Source of the DNA: Candidatus Omnitrophota bacterium
Lineage (GTDB): Bacteria; Hinthialibacterota; Hinthialibacteria; Hinthialibacterales; Hinthialibacteraceae
DNA: 64,000 nt
NCBI GenBank assembly: GCA_003598175.1
Contig: QZKN01000016.1
Location: forward strand, 91,523 to 155,522
Reading direction: 5' to 3'
Part shown: positions 52,615 through 62,594 of the stretch, one piece after another
Layout of the letters: every line of letters begins with the position of its first letter
Numbering within the stretch: the first letter of the stretch is position 1
Position numbers and translations under genes: made by a program
The notes under the pieces: generated by a model
Database searches by the model: none
Told to the model about the DNA's origin: nothing
Seen by the model: only the letters and a program-made list of their open reading frames with translations

Positions 52615-54075
52615 TTATTCATTAGGGATTGTGGATTCGGGTGTTTTTTCCGGCGAATCGTTTTCTTGCAGGATGATGGCGCGAAAAATCAGGTCGTGCA
52701 AACCAACGATTTCACAGTCCAATCCATTGTCATCCACCACTTCGCGGAGTTGTTTCTTGCAGTTGGCGCATGGCGCGACAACGAGTTTGGCGCCGGTCTC
52801 CTGCAACTGCTCGGCTTTTTTCTTACCCGCGATCGACGTGCGGTAAGGACGCAGTTCGTCGATGGAAACGGTGCCGCCGCCGCCGCCGCAGCAATAATTT
52901 TCACGCCCATTCGGCGTCATTTCGACATAATCCTTGCAGAAAGCGCGCAGGATTTCGCGCGGCTGATCGATGATCCACCCTTTCCGGGCCATGTTGCAGG
53001 GATCGTGATAGACCACGCGGTCGGTCACGACATTTGGATCGAGTTTGAGTTTTCCCGCTTTTAATGCCGCATGCGTCAATTCAATGATGCTGACGACTGG
53101 AGGGGACTCTCCCTCTTCGCAAAACGTTTTTAAAAATACTTTGGCCGTGCGGGACGCATGGCCGCATTCTCCGATCAATACCTTTTTCGTTTTGAGTCGC
53201 TTCACTTCTTTTGGAATCTCGTTGAGAACACGATCCATAATGATGTCGCTGTAGAATAAGCCATAATTGATCCCATCGAAATTCTTCGTGCCGATCGTCC
53301 AGCTGGCCCCGATTTGGTGCAAAACGGCGGCGATGCCGCAAAGAGTGTCCGCTTCCATCATATAATCGCTGACGGGCGCGAAGAACAGATGTTCCGCGCC
53401 TTCCTGATCGATGGGGAATTTGACTTTTGCGCCTTTTGCCTCTTCGATTTCCTCTTCGAGAAATTCACAACTATCGATCATGGCCGGGATAGGAATCGCG
53501 GAAGTGTTTCGCGTCTTTCCCTGCACTTGTTCGCGGACGCTTACCACCAGCGCGCGCGGGGTAATGCCGATTTCACTGAGGATATATCGACCCAAATGCG
53601 TCAAGAGGCCATGATCGATGCCGGCAGGGCATTCGAGGACGCATTTCCGACATGCGGTGCAGTTATAAAACGAATCCGCCATTTCTTCGATGGTTTCATC
53701 CGTTAGACCGGGATCGCCGAACAGTTTGGCCTTCAAACTGCCGGCGAGAGTAAAATGACGGCGGTAGGTTTCGATGAGAAACGCGGACCGATAGCAGGGA
53801 ACGTCTTTCGGATCGCCGGTGGCTTCGTACAACATGCAGGAAACGGCGCAACGAGCGCATTTGAGCGACGTACGCACATATTGTTCGAGAATCAGGCCAT
53901 AACTGGAATGTTTCAGAATCGCGGCGAACGCTTCCAAAAAACGCTGGGCGCGTCCACCTTTGAGAGGATTTTCCACGTGATACCGAACACGTAATCCTTG
54001 TTCTTCCATCGTTTCCGGTTTCTTGGTGTTGGCTTTCGCGCGTAGAATAGCATCCTGGTCGAGAAGTGGGATCAT
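52615..54075 (-). CDS. HdrD/DsrK-like iron-sulfur protein with CCG domains
   Basis: Two ferredoxin-type Cys clusters (CARCAVSC, CTACRKCVLECP) plus CCG-domain motifs (HDPCNMARKG, CCGGGGG). Confidence 0.8.
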   Translation of the reverse strand: MIPLLDQDAILRAKANTKKPETMEEQGLRVRYHVENPLKGGRAQRFLEAFAAILKHSSYGLILEQYVRTSLKCARCAVSCMLYEATGDPKDVPCYRSAFLIETYRRHFTLAGSLKAKLFGDPGLTDETIEEMADSFYNCTACRKCVLECPAGIDHGLLTHLGRYILSEIGITPRALVVSVREQVQGKTRNTSAIPIPAMIDSCEFLEEEIEEAKGAKVKFPIDQEGAEHLFFAPVSDYMMEADTLCGIAAVLHQIGASWTIGTKNFDGINYGLFYSDIIMDRVLNEIPKEVKRLKTKKVLIGECGHASRTAKVFLKTFCEEGESPPVVSIIELTHAALKAGKLKLDPNVVTDRVVYHDPCNMARKGWIIDQPREILRAFCKDYVEMTPNGRENYCCGGGGGTVSIDELRPYRTSIAGKKKAEQLQETGAKLVVAPCANCKKQLREVVDDNGLDCEIVGLHDLIFRAIILQENDSPEKTPESTIPNE

Positions 54076-54358
54076 GGTTGTGTTTCGATTAATTTAGTTG
54101 ATTTAGAGATAGATATATTTCTATCTATTTTAAAGTGTATGATGGAAGAAAGCCTTGATCAAGCCTTCTTGGCGAATTCGGGGATTTTTGTGTTTTTTTC
54201 TCCTTTATCCCTATTATTCCGATATGAATTATGGGAAATAAATAGGAGAAAAGCGTCAAGCGGTTTTCGGAGACGTCATCGAAATGAAACCTTGAATCCA
54301 ACGTTATCCACTCTTACACTGATTTGCGTCAAATATAACGTGAAGGATTATCCTGATC

Positions 54359-55300
54359 ATGAATCGCATTGCTTTCCACTTCATTCGCACTTTTCATTGT
54401 TTGAGTTTCCTATTGATCTTCTCTTTGTCGGTGAGTATCAATATTTATGCCCAACAACGAACGTTTCCACAAGCGCCGATCCTGCTCGAACCACCGAACG
54501 GGGCGCTCGTACGCTATCCCGGAACACAAGTCCCTATCCCCTTTTCGTGGCAGGATGTACAGGGCGCAGACGCCTATCAAATTCTCGTCTCGGTAGACAA
54601 CCGGCAAGCAGCCGATTTTACCACAAACGCTACGTCAGCCGTTCTGAATTTGCACTTGTCGATTTTGGAAAGTCAATCCACTGTGAAATGGTCCGTGCGG
54701 GCCTTTTCCGGAAACCAAAGCGGCAGTTATAGCGATATCTATACCTTCAAGTTCGGATTCGTCGGAACGCCGGTGCCGGGCGGTCCGATTTTACCCACCC
54801 CCCTACCCGTCGCCACGCCTTCTCCATTACTGTCGCCGAAATTATTGTCCCCTGCGGACAAAGCGCTGATCAATAGTTTCACCGTTGCGTTCGATTGGGA
54901 AACTGTAACCGCCGCCGCAGGGTATCGCCTAACCGTATATCAAGACAATGAACCCTTCATTCAACGAAATGTTACTCTCTCTGAAAGTGTGGAAACCATT
55001 GTCTGGCCTAATCAGGAAGTGTTTCAATGGAATGTGTTGACGATCGGCTCGAATGGAGAGGTGAGTCCGCCCGGAATGCGATATTCCTTCACGATCGGGA
55101 TGGGCTTCCTGCCGACTCCGACGGCAGTTCCCTGGGATCCGGATATCAATCGAGACGGTAAAATAGACGCCCTGGATTTGTATTGGTTCGCCGTTTCGTT
55201 CGGCACGAATGCGTCTTTGCCTGACTTTGATCGATCAGGGCTGACCGGTCCACAAGATTTGTTGTATTTTCTGGAAGTCTATCAAGCAGGACACCGTTAA
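54359..55300 (+). CDS. secreted protein with Ig/FN3-like repeats and C-terminal dockerin-like Ca-binding motif
   Basis: Signal peptide. C-terminal DINRDGKIDALDLYWF resembles the dockerin/EF-hand-like DxNxDGxIDxxD motif. Confidence 0.45.
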   Translation: MNRIAFHFIRTFHCLSFLLIFSLSVSINIYAQQRTFPQAPILLEPPNGALVRYPGTQVPIPFSWQDVQGADAYQILVSVDNRQAADFTTNATSAVLNLHLSILESQSTVKWSVRAFSGNQSGSYSDIYTFKFGFVGTPVPGGPILPTPLPVATPSPLLSPKLLSPADKALINSFTVAFDWETVTAAAGYRLTVYQDNEPFIQRNVTLSESVETIVWPNQEVFQWNVLTIGSNGEVSPPGMRYSFTIGMGFLPTPTAVPWDPDINRDGKIDALDLYWFAVSFGTNASLPDFDRSGLTGPQDLLYFLEVYQAGHR

Positions 55301-55348
55301 AAAAAATTGAACGAGAACCTTCTTTTAATCTACTCACATTCGGTTTCA

Positions 55349-55415
55349 ATTTTCCATCAGCTACTGACTACTGGCTATTGGCTACTGCCCATTGGCTACT
55401 GCCCATTGGCTACTG
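55349..55415. repeat. 14-bp tandem repeat (ctactgcccattgg, about 3 full and 2 degenerate units) at the 3' end of xdhC
   Basis: ctactgactactgg ctattgg ctactgcccattgg ctactgcccattgg ctactgcccatttg read directly. The unit is not a multiple of three. Confidence 0.65.
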
Positions 55416-56200
55416 CCCATTTGCGTAGGCTCTTCATTCATCACCTGCACTACCTGCGCAAGAATGCTGATGGCAACCTCGGCGGGAGTATGGCCGCCGA
55501 TGGGCAGGCCGATGGGCGCATGAATTCGATCGAGCTGTTCCTGCAAAACGCCCTGCTCACGCATATTTTCACGAATTCGCATACATTTTATTTCGCTGCC
55601 GATCATGCCGATATATCGAGCCGGAGTATCCAGCGCTTGCCTCACAACCTGTTGATCGTTGGCATGTTGATACGTGACGACAACAATAAAATCGTCTCTT
55701 GCAGGCTGAAGCGTTTCCATAGCCTGATCAAACGACCCGTGAACGATTTTCACGTACGGGGGAAACAATTCGGGCCGAATGAACTCGACGCGATCGTCAT
55801 ACACCACAACCTGTAACTCGATTTCCCCCGCCATGCGAGCCAAGGTCTGGCCGACATGTCCCGCGCCGAAAATGAGGAGCCGTGGAAGAGTTCCGATCCG
55901 TTCCAGAAACACTCGCAGTTCTCCCCCGCAGATTCCTCCCACGCTGGTCGGCTCATTTTCGCGCAGAGCGATGTGCACTAATTTCGACTCGCCGGACTGA
56001 AAAACGGCCAAGGCTTCCTGAATCACCTTTTTTTCCAGTCCGCCCCCGCCGATGGTTCCTTCGATGGCGCCGTCGGGAAACACGATCATGCGCGAACCGG
56101 ATTTGCGAGGTGTGGAACCGTGAGATTCCACCACCGTCGCCAGAACCGCCGCATTGTGTTGATCAAATAATTCCTGAATCCGTGCAAATATTCGTTCCAC
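55382..56200 (-). CDS. xdhC: XdhC/CoxI-family molybdenum-cofactor insertion accessory protein
   Basis: ...AAVLATVVESHGSTPRKSGSRMIV...GTIGGG... N-terminal domain and Rossmann-like C-terminal domain (LLIFGAGHVGQ) typical of XdhC. Confidence 0.8.
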   Translation of the reverse strand: MERIFARIQELFDQHNAAVLATVVESHGSTPRKSGSRMIVFPDGAIEGTIGGGGLEKKVIQEALAVFQSGESKLVHIALRENEPTSVGGICGGELRVFLERIGTLPRLLIFGAGHVGQTLARMAGEIELQVVVYDDRVEFIRPELFPPYVKIVHGSFDQAMETLQPARDDFIVVVTYQHANDQQVVRQALDTPARYIGMIGSEIKCMRIRENMREQGVLQEQLDRIHAPIGLPIGGHTPAEVAISILAQVVQVMNEEPTQMGSSQWAVANGQ

Positions 56201-56425
56201 GATTTTTTTACTCCCTCTTATTCATGAAAATGCAACCAAGCGGCAAGGGCAACGCTGTTTTTGCCCTTGTCTGGGTTACTTCAGCATTTTCATCTCTTTC
56301 TCAGAAAAACGACCATACAATCATACGTTTCAATCACGAATCTGTCATGTCAATACATGCGGATTTCCATTTTTCGAATCGAGAATCCCCCAAATGGGTA
56401 GAGCAAGCGTCCCGCTTGCAATCTT

Positions 56426-57040
56426 TTATATGTCCCCACATCGATTTTCCACGAAATATGCACAAATCCTTTCATAATCCTCGGGCGTGTTCACGTTGTG
56501 CAGGATTGTTTCCGAATCCACCGTAACGTGAATCAGCGCATCCGCATGGCTTCGATACAGATCGCGCAACGGTTCATCCGGTTTCATCTGCCCTATTTCG
56601 GAGAAAAAAGCAGAACCGATCAACGGCGGATGTCCGCGCCGAAATTGAAACGAAGGAATAATGATCCGATCCGTCCTTTCCAGCGCATTCATTATACTTA
56701 CAAGAACGCGATGGGGTATCAATGGGCAATCCACCGGCCAGATCATTGCGCCGCGAACAGAAACCGCCAATGCGCGCAGCCCGCACTGAATACTGCTCAT
56801 TCGTCCCAACCGATAATCCGGATTCACAACGATTTGAATGGGAGGCAAAATGAAACGGCGCACTTGATCCTGTTCGTGCCCGACAACCGCAACGCCGGCG
56901 ACATCGTCTCGTGACATAAAGGGATTGGAAAGAATATGCTGCAGAAACGTCTTGTCGCCCAATTGCAGTAAGGGCTTCAACGCGCCCATGCGTGAAGAAA
57001 GACCGGCTGCGAGCAGAATGATTCCGATTGAATCCGTCAT
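56426..57040 (-). CDS. MobA-like NTP transferase (molybdenum cofactor cytidylyl/guanylyltransferase, MocA/MobA family)
   Basis: IILLAAGLSSRMGALKPLL... N-terminal nucleotidyltransferase motif. Adjacent to xdhC. Confidence 0.7.
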   Translation of the reverse strand: MTDSIGIILLAAGLSSRMGALKPLLQLGDKTFLQHILSNPFMSRDDVAGVAVVGHEQDQVRRFILPPIQIVVNPDYRLGRMSSIQCGLRALAVSVRGAMIWPVDCPLIPHRVLVSIMNALERTDRIIIPSFQFRRGHPPLIGSAFFSEIGQMKPDEPLRDLYRSHADALIHVTVDSETILHNVNTPEDYERICAYFVENRCGDI

Positions 57041-57112
57041 TTCATTCCCTTAAAAACCAATGAAATTCTTGCGATGCAAAATCGGAACAGGCGATATTCG
57101 CGTACAATGTTT

Positions 57113-58516
57113 TTATCGCGCCAGCTTATCCAACAATTCGGTTAATTGTCGGCCTCGAACATCGATAGCAGCCATTTTCCCTTTTTTGTCCATGACGATT
57201 ACGGTCGGTACCGTGTGGACGCCATAACGAAAAGCAATCCCCGATTGAGGATACCCTTCATCCCACAAAATCGGTGTTTGAATCCCGCTCTGCTCGATGT
57301 ATCGCCGGGCAATGCCTCTGGCGCTGTCCAAATTAATGCCGATAATTTGTGCTTTGTCACGATAATCACGATACAGAGTTTCGATATGCCACAGTTCACG
57401 CTCCGCCGGTTCCCACCAAAGCGCCCAAAACAGCATCACGGTCGGTTTTCGTTTTTCCGGAGGAAAGCGAATGAGTTGGCCTTGCAGGGATTCCCCTGAA
57501 AAGTCAGGCGCCTGGTTGGATACCATCGCCTGATCCCGATTTTTTTCGAGTTGCATATTGAATCGATATTTATCGACTACATCTTTTGCCGTCTCCCGCA
57601 AGAACGGAACCGGCGAATGATCCGCAAACGTCAACAGTTTTTGGAGAACAGGATAGGAATCCGCAAAGTTGGTCAATTGCAATTGTATTTTATAGTGAAA
57701 AAAATCGGTCAACTCACCGCGAATTACCGGCAAATGGTGTGATGGAAATATGTTGGCTTGATTCAATTGACTTTCGGCAACGGTTTCGATCTGAAACGTA
57801 CCGTTCGGAGTATCCATGCTCGATTGCGTGCTCGTTCTTGAAAAAACGGGAAGACGTTTGTTTAAATCAAAACGGATTTCATATTCCTGATACCTGACGA
57901 GAATAGGGGGATCGCCTGGAATCGTGACCGGTTGGGACAATCCGGCGCCGATCAATAGAATTTGGTTTTGGGGCTCAATGTGGCGGATCAGGAGTGAATA
58001 TCGTCCTTCCGCATCGGCCGGAAATCCTCCTTGCACCGGCAGTTTCGTTTCCATGCGCGTATCGAGAGGAATCGATTCGTTGGCTAGGGGCGGAAAATGG
58101 ATCATGGGGCTCCATCCCGTCCCCAATTCCGGACCGGCTGAATCGTATCCGGAAAAAGAACCGAATCGATTCATGCGAAAGCGATACGCTTCTCGATTTT
58201 CGAAGGGAATTTTCACTTCTTGCCCTTCAAGAATGCGACGATGTAAACTGGATATTCCCACCAGTGCGATCTCTCCGCCGGCGCCCTCTTCCGCACGAAT
58301 AATACGTGATTCTATCATTCTTGTACTTTGTTCCGAATAAGGTCCTTCAATGATTGTGTCCAGAGTCGCCGTAAAAATCAAATCAATGCCCGGCAATAAC
58401 GCATAGGACAAAATCCCGGCATCTTCTTCCGCGGAAAAAACCGAAATTGGACTGAATCCATACAAAATCACAATGACAAATAACAAAACAATATGGGAAA
58501 AATCCTTGTTGGGCAT
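57113..58516 (-). CDS. secreted protein with C-terminal TlpA/thioredoxin-like domain lacking the CxxC motif
   Basis: Signal peptide. C-terminal ...KPTVMLFWALWWEPAERE...IIGINLDS... aligns with TlpA/ResA but has WEPAE where WCxPC is expected. Confidence 0.45.
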   Translation of the reverse strand: MPNKDFSHIVLLFVIVILYGFSPISVFSAEEDAGILSYALLPGIDLIFTATLDTIIEGPYSEQSTRMIESRIIRAEEGAGGEIALVGISSLHRRILEGQEVKIPFENREAYRFRMNRFGSFSGYDSAGPELGTGWSPMIHFPPLANESIPLDTRMETKLPVQGGFPADAEGRYSLLIRHIEPQNQILLIGAGLSQPVTIPGDPPILVRYQEYEIRFDLNKRLPVFSRTSTQSSMDTPNGTFQIETVAESQLNQANIFPSHHLPVIRGELTDFFHYKIQLQLTNFADSYPVLQKLLTFADHSPVPFLRETAKDVVDKYRFNMQLEKNRDQAMVSNQAPDFSGESLQGQLIRFPPEKRKPTVMLFWALWWEPAERELWHIETLYRDYRDKAQIIGINLDSARGIARRYIEQSGIQTPILWDEGYPQSGIAFRYGVHTVPTVIVMDKKGKMAAIDVRGRQLTELLDKLAR

Positions 58517-58658
58517 GGATTCCGTTCTCCTGGCAATCAGAATGCAATGAATCGCTTTTGAAAATCGACCTTTATTCTTTGTCCATGTTTCAAGCAGAAA
58601 AACGGGGTGGCGTTACACCACCCCGTGCGATACTCCAGTTCAGAAATGTTTAACTACT

Positions 58659-60713
58659 TCATCCCTGTCTTTCAACAAAAATATACACTTCGAGATCGCG
58701 GGCGATATCGAACGAGAAACCGGGATTGATAAACAGTTTTCCCTCCGCTGTCTGATCCACATTACCACGAGCCATTTCCAGGTAGAAGTCGGCGGCGCCG
58801 GATGTGTGAATTGTGCCAAAGCGTGTGAGAGCAAAAATTCCTCGATAGTTAAATTCCGCCATCAACGCTTCATCGCGGCCGGGAATATCCAACTTGTCCA
58901 CTTGAATTTCGAATGCCTGCATGGCGAAATTGTCGCCGAAGGCCAGTTGGGGAAGCATGATATTCAGCTGATCCGCCTCCACTCCACTGCGGACGGCTTT
59001 ATAGAACCTGCCAAATCCGTCTACGAGGATTGCACCGAGAAGTTCGCCGTTATCATCGATATACAATTCCATATCTTTGTAAATCGGAACATTGAACATC
59101 GGATTTCCCTGCAACGCGGGCGCCTGGCCGAATGTGCGAATTCGCCCGAACGAATCAAGAATATAACCGGCCGGATTTCCCGGATTCCCCTGGCCGGGAA
59201 TGATTTCCATATCCACCGCCGGATTCACGCGCGGATTGGTAAATGGGGAATTGACGACATTAACGGAACGGCGATTCCCTTTTCCCTCGATTACAAATAA
59301 GGAACCATCTTCAAGCAAAGCGAAATATCCGTTGGCGTTATCGGTGAATTCCACGTCGCGCATCGCTTCGCTCGATTCGAGATCAAGCGGAAAATCAGCC
59401 AGGAAATTAAATTCAATGTACTTCCCGCGACTCAGATTTTTCGTTTGGGCGGTGAAGATACGGCCATCCCCGGTGCAGGTGATCACTGCCTTGATTTCCG
59501 CATTCACGCTTCCCTTGTTTTCCACAAAGAGTTCAAAATCACGAAAAGCATCTTCATTCGGGTAGAAAGGCAAAATATGGCTCGTATTGGATTCGAGAGA
59601 ACCATCGTTGTTGAGATCGAACCATCCCGCGAGATCACCCAAATCGTGAATTCCGCCGTAGCCGGTGAGAAGAGAAATGCCCTGATAAGGATTGGCAAAG
59701 TTATCCGGCGTCGGCGTTGGCGAAGGCGTCGGCGTATTTGTCGGCGTCGGCGTATTTGTCGGCGTCGGCGTATTTGTCGGCGCCGGCGTATTTGTCGGCG
59801 CCGGCGTTTCGGTCGCAACCGGCACAGGCGTGGCCGGAGTGGGGGTTGGCGATTCCGGCGTAGGTGGGACCGGCGTATTTGTAGGTGGGACCGGTGTATT
59901 CGTCGGTGGAACCGGCGTACTTGTTGGGGTTTCCGGAGTCGGCGGAATTTCTGTCGGCGTTTCCGCCGCGACAATTGTAACCCCAGTAGTGGTAACATTG
60001 GCGTCAGCCAGATCATCGACAAGATTCACGATATTCAATGTCGTCTCACCAGCGGCGATCGCGTTGTATTTCAAGTTCAACAGGATTCCGTCTTCGTTAA
60101 CGCTGGAAAAGCCACCGATCGCGGCAATTTGAACCGTACCGGCAGGCTGACTTAATGGATTGGCTATAACGGCAAAGAAATCCGCTGTCAAAGTGCCAAC
60201 GCTGTCAACCGATACGAATTCCAACAAATTGGAAGATTGGACGACGTCAAATCCAAACGCATCCGCGTCCACGGCATTTCGTATCGTAATCGGAACCACG
60301 ATTTCCTCGCTCACTTTCCCTGCGGCGCTGCCGAGAATCAATTCAATTGGTTTACTCGGAACTACCGTCGGGCTTTCCGTCGGCGGAATCGGCGTATTTG
60401 TCGGCGGTATCGCGGTCGGGGGAACCTGTGTTGGAGTTTCGGTAGCCGGAACCGGAGTGTTTGTCGGTGGAACCGGCGTTGCCGTCGGAGTTTCCACCGG
60501 CGCGACCGTCGGAGTTTCAGCAGGTGTTTCGGATATTTGACTCACAAGAATCAAATGAATGGGAATCCGGAAAAAAGAACCGGATCCATTTTCCAAATTA
60601 TCCGACGACGCTGCCATTCCACCCGGAATAACTGTTAAGCAGAGTATGACCATAAGAAAAACGGGCCCTGCCTGAGTTGCTTTGACACATTGCTTATACA
60701 TATGAACCTCCAA
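58659..60713 (-). CDS. secreted cell-surface protein with cohesin-like domain and Pro/Thr-rich linkers
   Basis: Signal peptide. Two PT-rich linker tracts. ...IELILGSAAGKVSEEIVVPITIRNAVDADAFGFDVVQSSNLLEFVSV...GTVQIAAIGG... resembles cohesin modules. Confidence 0.4.
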   Translation of the reverse strand: MEVHMYKQCVKATQAGPVFLMVILCLTVIPGGMAASSDNLENGSGSFFRIPIHLILVSQISETPAETPTVAPVETPTATPVPPTNTPVPATETPTQVPPTAIPPTNTPIPPTESPTVVPSKPIELILGSAAGKVSEEIVVPITIRNAVDADAFGFDVVQSSNLLEFVSVDSVGTLTADFFAVIANPLSQPAGTVQIAAIGGFSSVNEDGILLNLKYNAIAAGETTLNIVNLVDDLADANVTTTGVTIVAAETPTEIPPTPETPTSTPVPPTNTPVPPTNTPVPPTPESPTPTPATPVPVATETPAPTNTPAPTNTPTPTNTPTPTNTPTPSPTPTPDNFANPYQGISLLTGYGGIHDLGDLAGWFDLNNDGSLESNTSHILPFYPNEDAFRDFELFVENKGSVNAEIKAVITCTGDGRIFTAQTKNLSRGKYIEFNFLADFPLDLESSEAMRDVEFTDNANGYFALLEDGSLFVIEGKGNRRSVNVVNSPFTNPRVNPAVDMEIIPGQGNPGNPAGYILDSFGRIRTFGQAPALQGNPMFNVPIYKDMELYIDDNGELLGAILVDGFGRFYKAVRSGVEADQLNIMLPQLAFGDNFAMQAFEIQVDKLDIPGRDEALMAEFNYRGIFALTRFGTIHTSGAADFYLEMARGNVDQTAEGKLFINPGFSFDIARDLEVYIFVERQG
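59727..59960. repeat. tandem 18-bp and 21-bp repeats encoding the PTNTPT / PPTNTPV linker
   Basis: gtatttgtcggcgtcggc repeated 4-5 times, followed by 21-bp variants. A similar tract lies at about 60360-60530. Confidence 0.7.
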
Positions 60714-61166
60714 CGGTAATTCTTACTGTTTGGGGCATTTTGACTATAAAACACGATAGCCTGCCATACTATATCATAGTTTGGCCTCTCTTTTCAACTG
60801 AAACAAGCTCTCAAAGCTCTATTTTTTTTATTGTTACAAATATATATTCGACTTTCGACATCCGTGCTAAGATCACAAAATAGCCGTCGACAAGCAGGAA
60901 TAAGCCCTTTTTTACGATCAGCAACACAAAAGTTTACAAAACATCGTACGTATTCAAGCATCTTTAATCATTTTTGTCAATTTTTTGGTGATTTTTTCAT
61001 GAAAATGTACCCTTACATTTGAACTTTTTTTCGGATTCACCATGTAAAATACAGAAGAAACCGTTCCCATCGGAACACGATCAAAAATAGTACCACTCGA
61101 CGGGATACGAAAATACAGAAACCTTGTTTAATATAGATCGAATCCAAAGTAAAGGAGAGTTTCGAC

Positions 61167-62594
61167 ATGCCAGATATTCCCGCCGGACCAAGCCATCGAA
61201 TTACCATCCGCTTGGAAATCGATAACAGACCGGGTCAGTTTGCCAAAGTAGCAACCGTCATTGGAGATTTGGGAGGAAATCTCGGCGCCGTCGATATCGT
61301 CAGCGTAGGGAAAGGCTTCCTCATCCGAGATTTGACGATCGATACACGGGGAGAAGATCATGCGGCAAATATTGTCGCCGCCGTCAAGAAAATTCAGGGC
61401 ATCAAAATCCGTAATGTTTCCGATCGAGTTTTTCTCCTTCATCTCGGCGGTAAAATCACTGTACAAAACAAGATTCCGGTCAATACACGCGATGCGCTTT
61501 CCATGGCCTACACGCCCGGCGTTGCGCGCGTGTGCCGCGCCATCGCCGAAGATCGTTCGGCAGTTTATAACTTGACGATTAAGCGAAACACGGTCGGCAT
61601 CGTAACCGATGGCACCGCCGTGCTGGGCCTGGGCGACATCGGGCCGGAAGCGGCGATGCCGGTGATGGAAGGAAAAGCCATGTTGTTTAAGGAATTCGGC
61701 GACGTCGACGCTTTCCCCATCTGCCTCAAAACCAAAGAAACCGAAGAAATCATTCGCATCGTCGAGGCCATCTCGCCAGGCTTCGGTGGGATCAATCTCG
61801 AAGACATCTCTGCCCCGCGTTGCTTCGAAATCGAGGAACGACTGAAAGAACGTCTCGACATCCCTGTTTTTCACGACGATCAACACGGCACCGCGGTCGT
61901 GGTGTCGGCGGCGCTGATCAATGCGATGAAATTGGTGCACAAAACCATGTCCGAGATTAAAGTCGTCATTCTCGGCGTGGGAGCGGCGGGCGTGGCTTGC
62001 ACGAAAATGATGATGAACATGGGAGTGCGTCATATTATCGGCGTGGATCGCGCGGGAATCGTTTACCAAGGCCGCGAAAAAGGAATGAATGTGGCCAAAC
62101 AATGGTTTGCCGAAAACACCAATCACGAGAATCTACAAGGCTCGATCGTCGACGCCGCGAAAGGAGCGGATGTATTTTTAGGATTGTCCGGCCCCAACAC
62201 ATTTCCGCTCGAGGCGCTGAAATTGATGGCGCGGGATCCCGTCGTTTTTGCGCTGGCCAATCCCGATCCGGAAATATCGCCGGAAGAGGCGGCCGGCCAT
62301 TGCCGCATCATGGCGACGGGACGATCGGATTACCCCAATCAAATCAACAACGTGCTTTGCTTTCCGGGCATTTTCCGCGGCGCGCTCAACGTGCAGGCAA
62401 GCGACATCAACGAGGAAATGAAAGTCGCCGCCGCGCGCGCCATTGCGGATACCATCCCGGTCGGCGAACTCACCGAAGAATACATCATTCCCAGCGTTTT
62501 TGACCGGCGGGTATTCAAATCCGTCGCAAATGCGGTTGCCAAAGCCGCCATCGAAACCGGCGTGGCGAAAAGAAAAAGAAAGCAGAAAGAATAG
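61167..62594 (+). CDS. NAD(P)-dependent malic enzyme with N-terminal ACT domain
   Basis: ...YTPGVARVC..., ...GLGDIGPEAAMPVMEGKAMLFKEFGDVDAFPI... and GVGAAGVA Rossmann motif are hallmarks of malic enzyme. AAGGAG upstream of the ATG. Confidence 0.85.
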   Translation: MPDIPAGPSHRITIRLEIDNRPGQFAKVATVIGDLGGNLGAVDIVSVGKGFLIRDLTIDTRGEDHAANIVAAVKKIQGIKIRNVSDRVFLLHLGGKITVQNKIPVNTRDALSMAYTPGVARVCRAIAEDRSAVYNLTIKRNTVGIVTDGTAVLGLGDIGPEAAMPVMEGKAMLFKEFGDVDAFPICLKTKETEEIIRIVEAISPGFGGINLEDISAPRCFEIEERLKERLDIPVFHDDQHGTAVVVSAALINAMKLVHKTMSEIKVVILGVGAAGVACTKMMMNMGVRHIIGVDRAGIVYQGREKGMNVAKQWFAENTNHENLQGSIVDAAKGADVFLGLSGPNTFPLEALKLMARDPVVFALANPDPEISPEEAAGHCRIMATGRSDYPNQINNVLCFPGIFRGALNVQASDINEEMKVAAARAIADTIPVGELTEEYIIPSVFDRRVFKSVANAVAKAAIETGVAKRKRKQKE

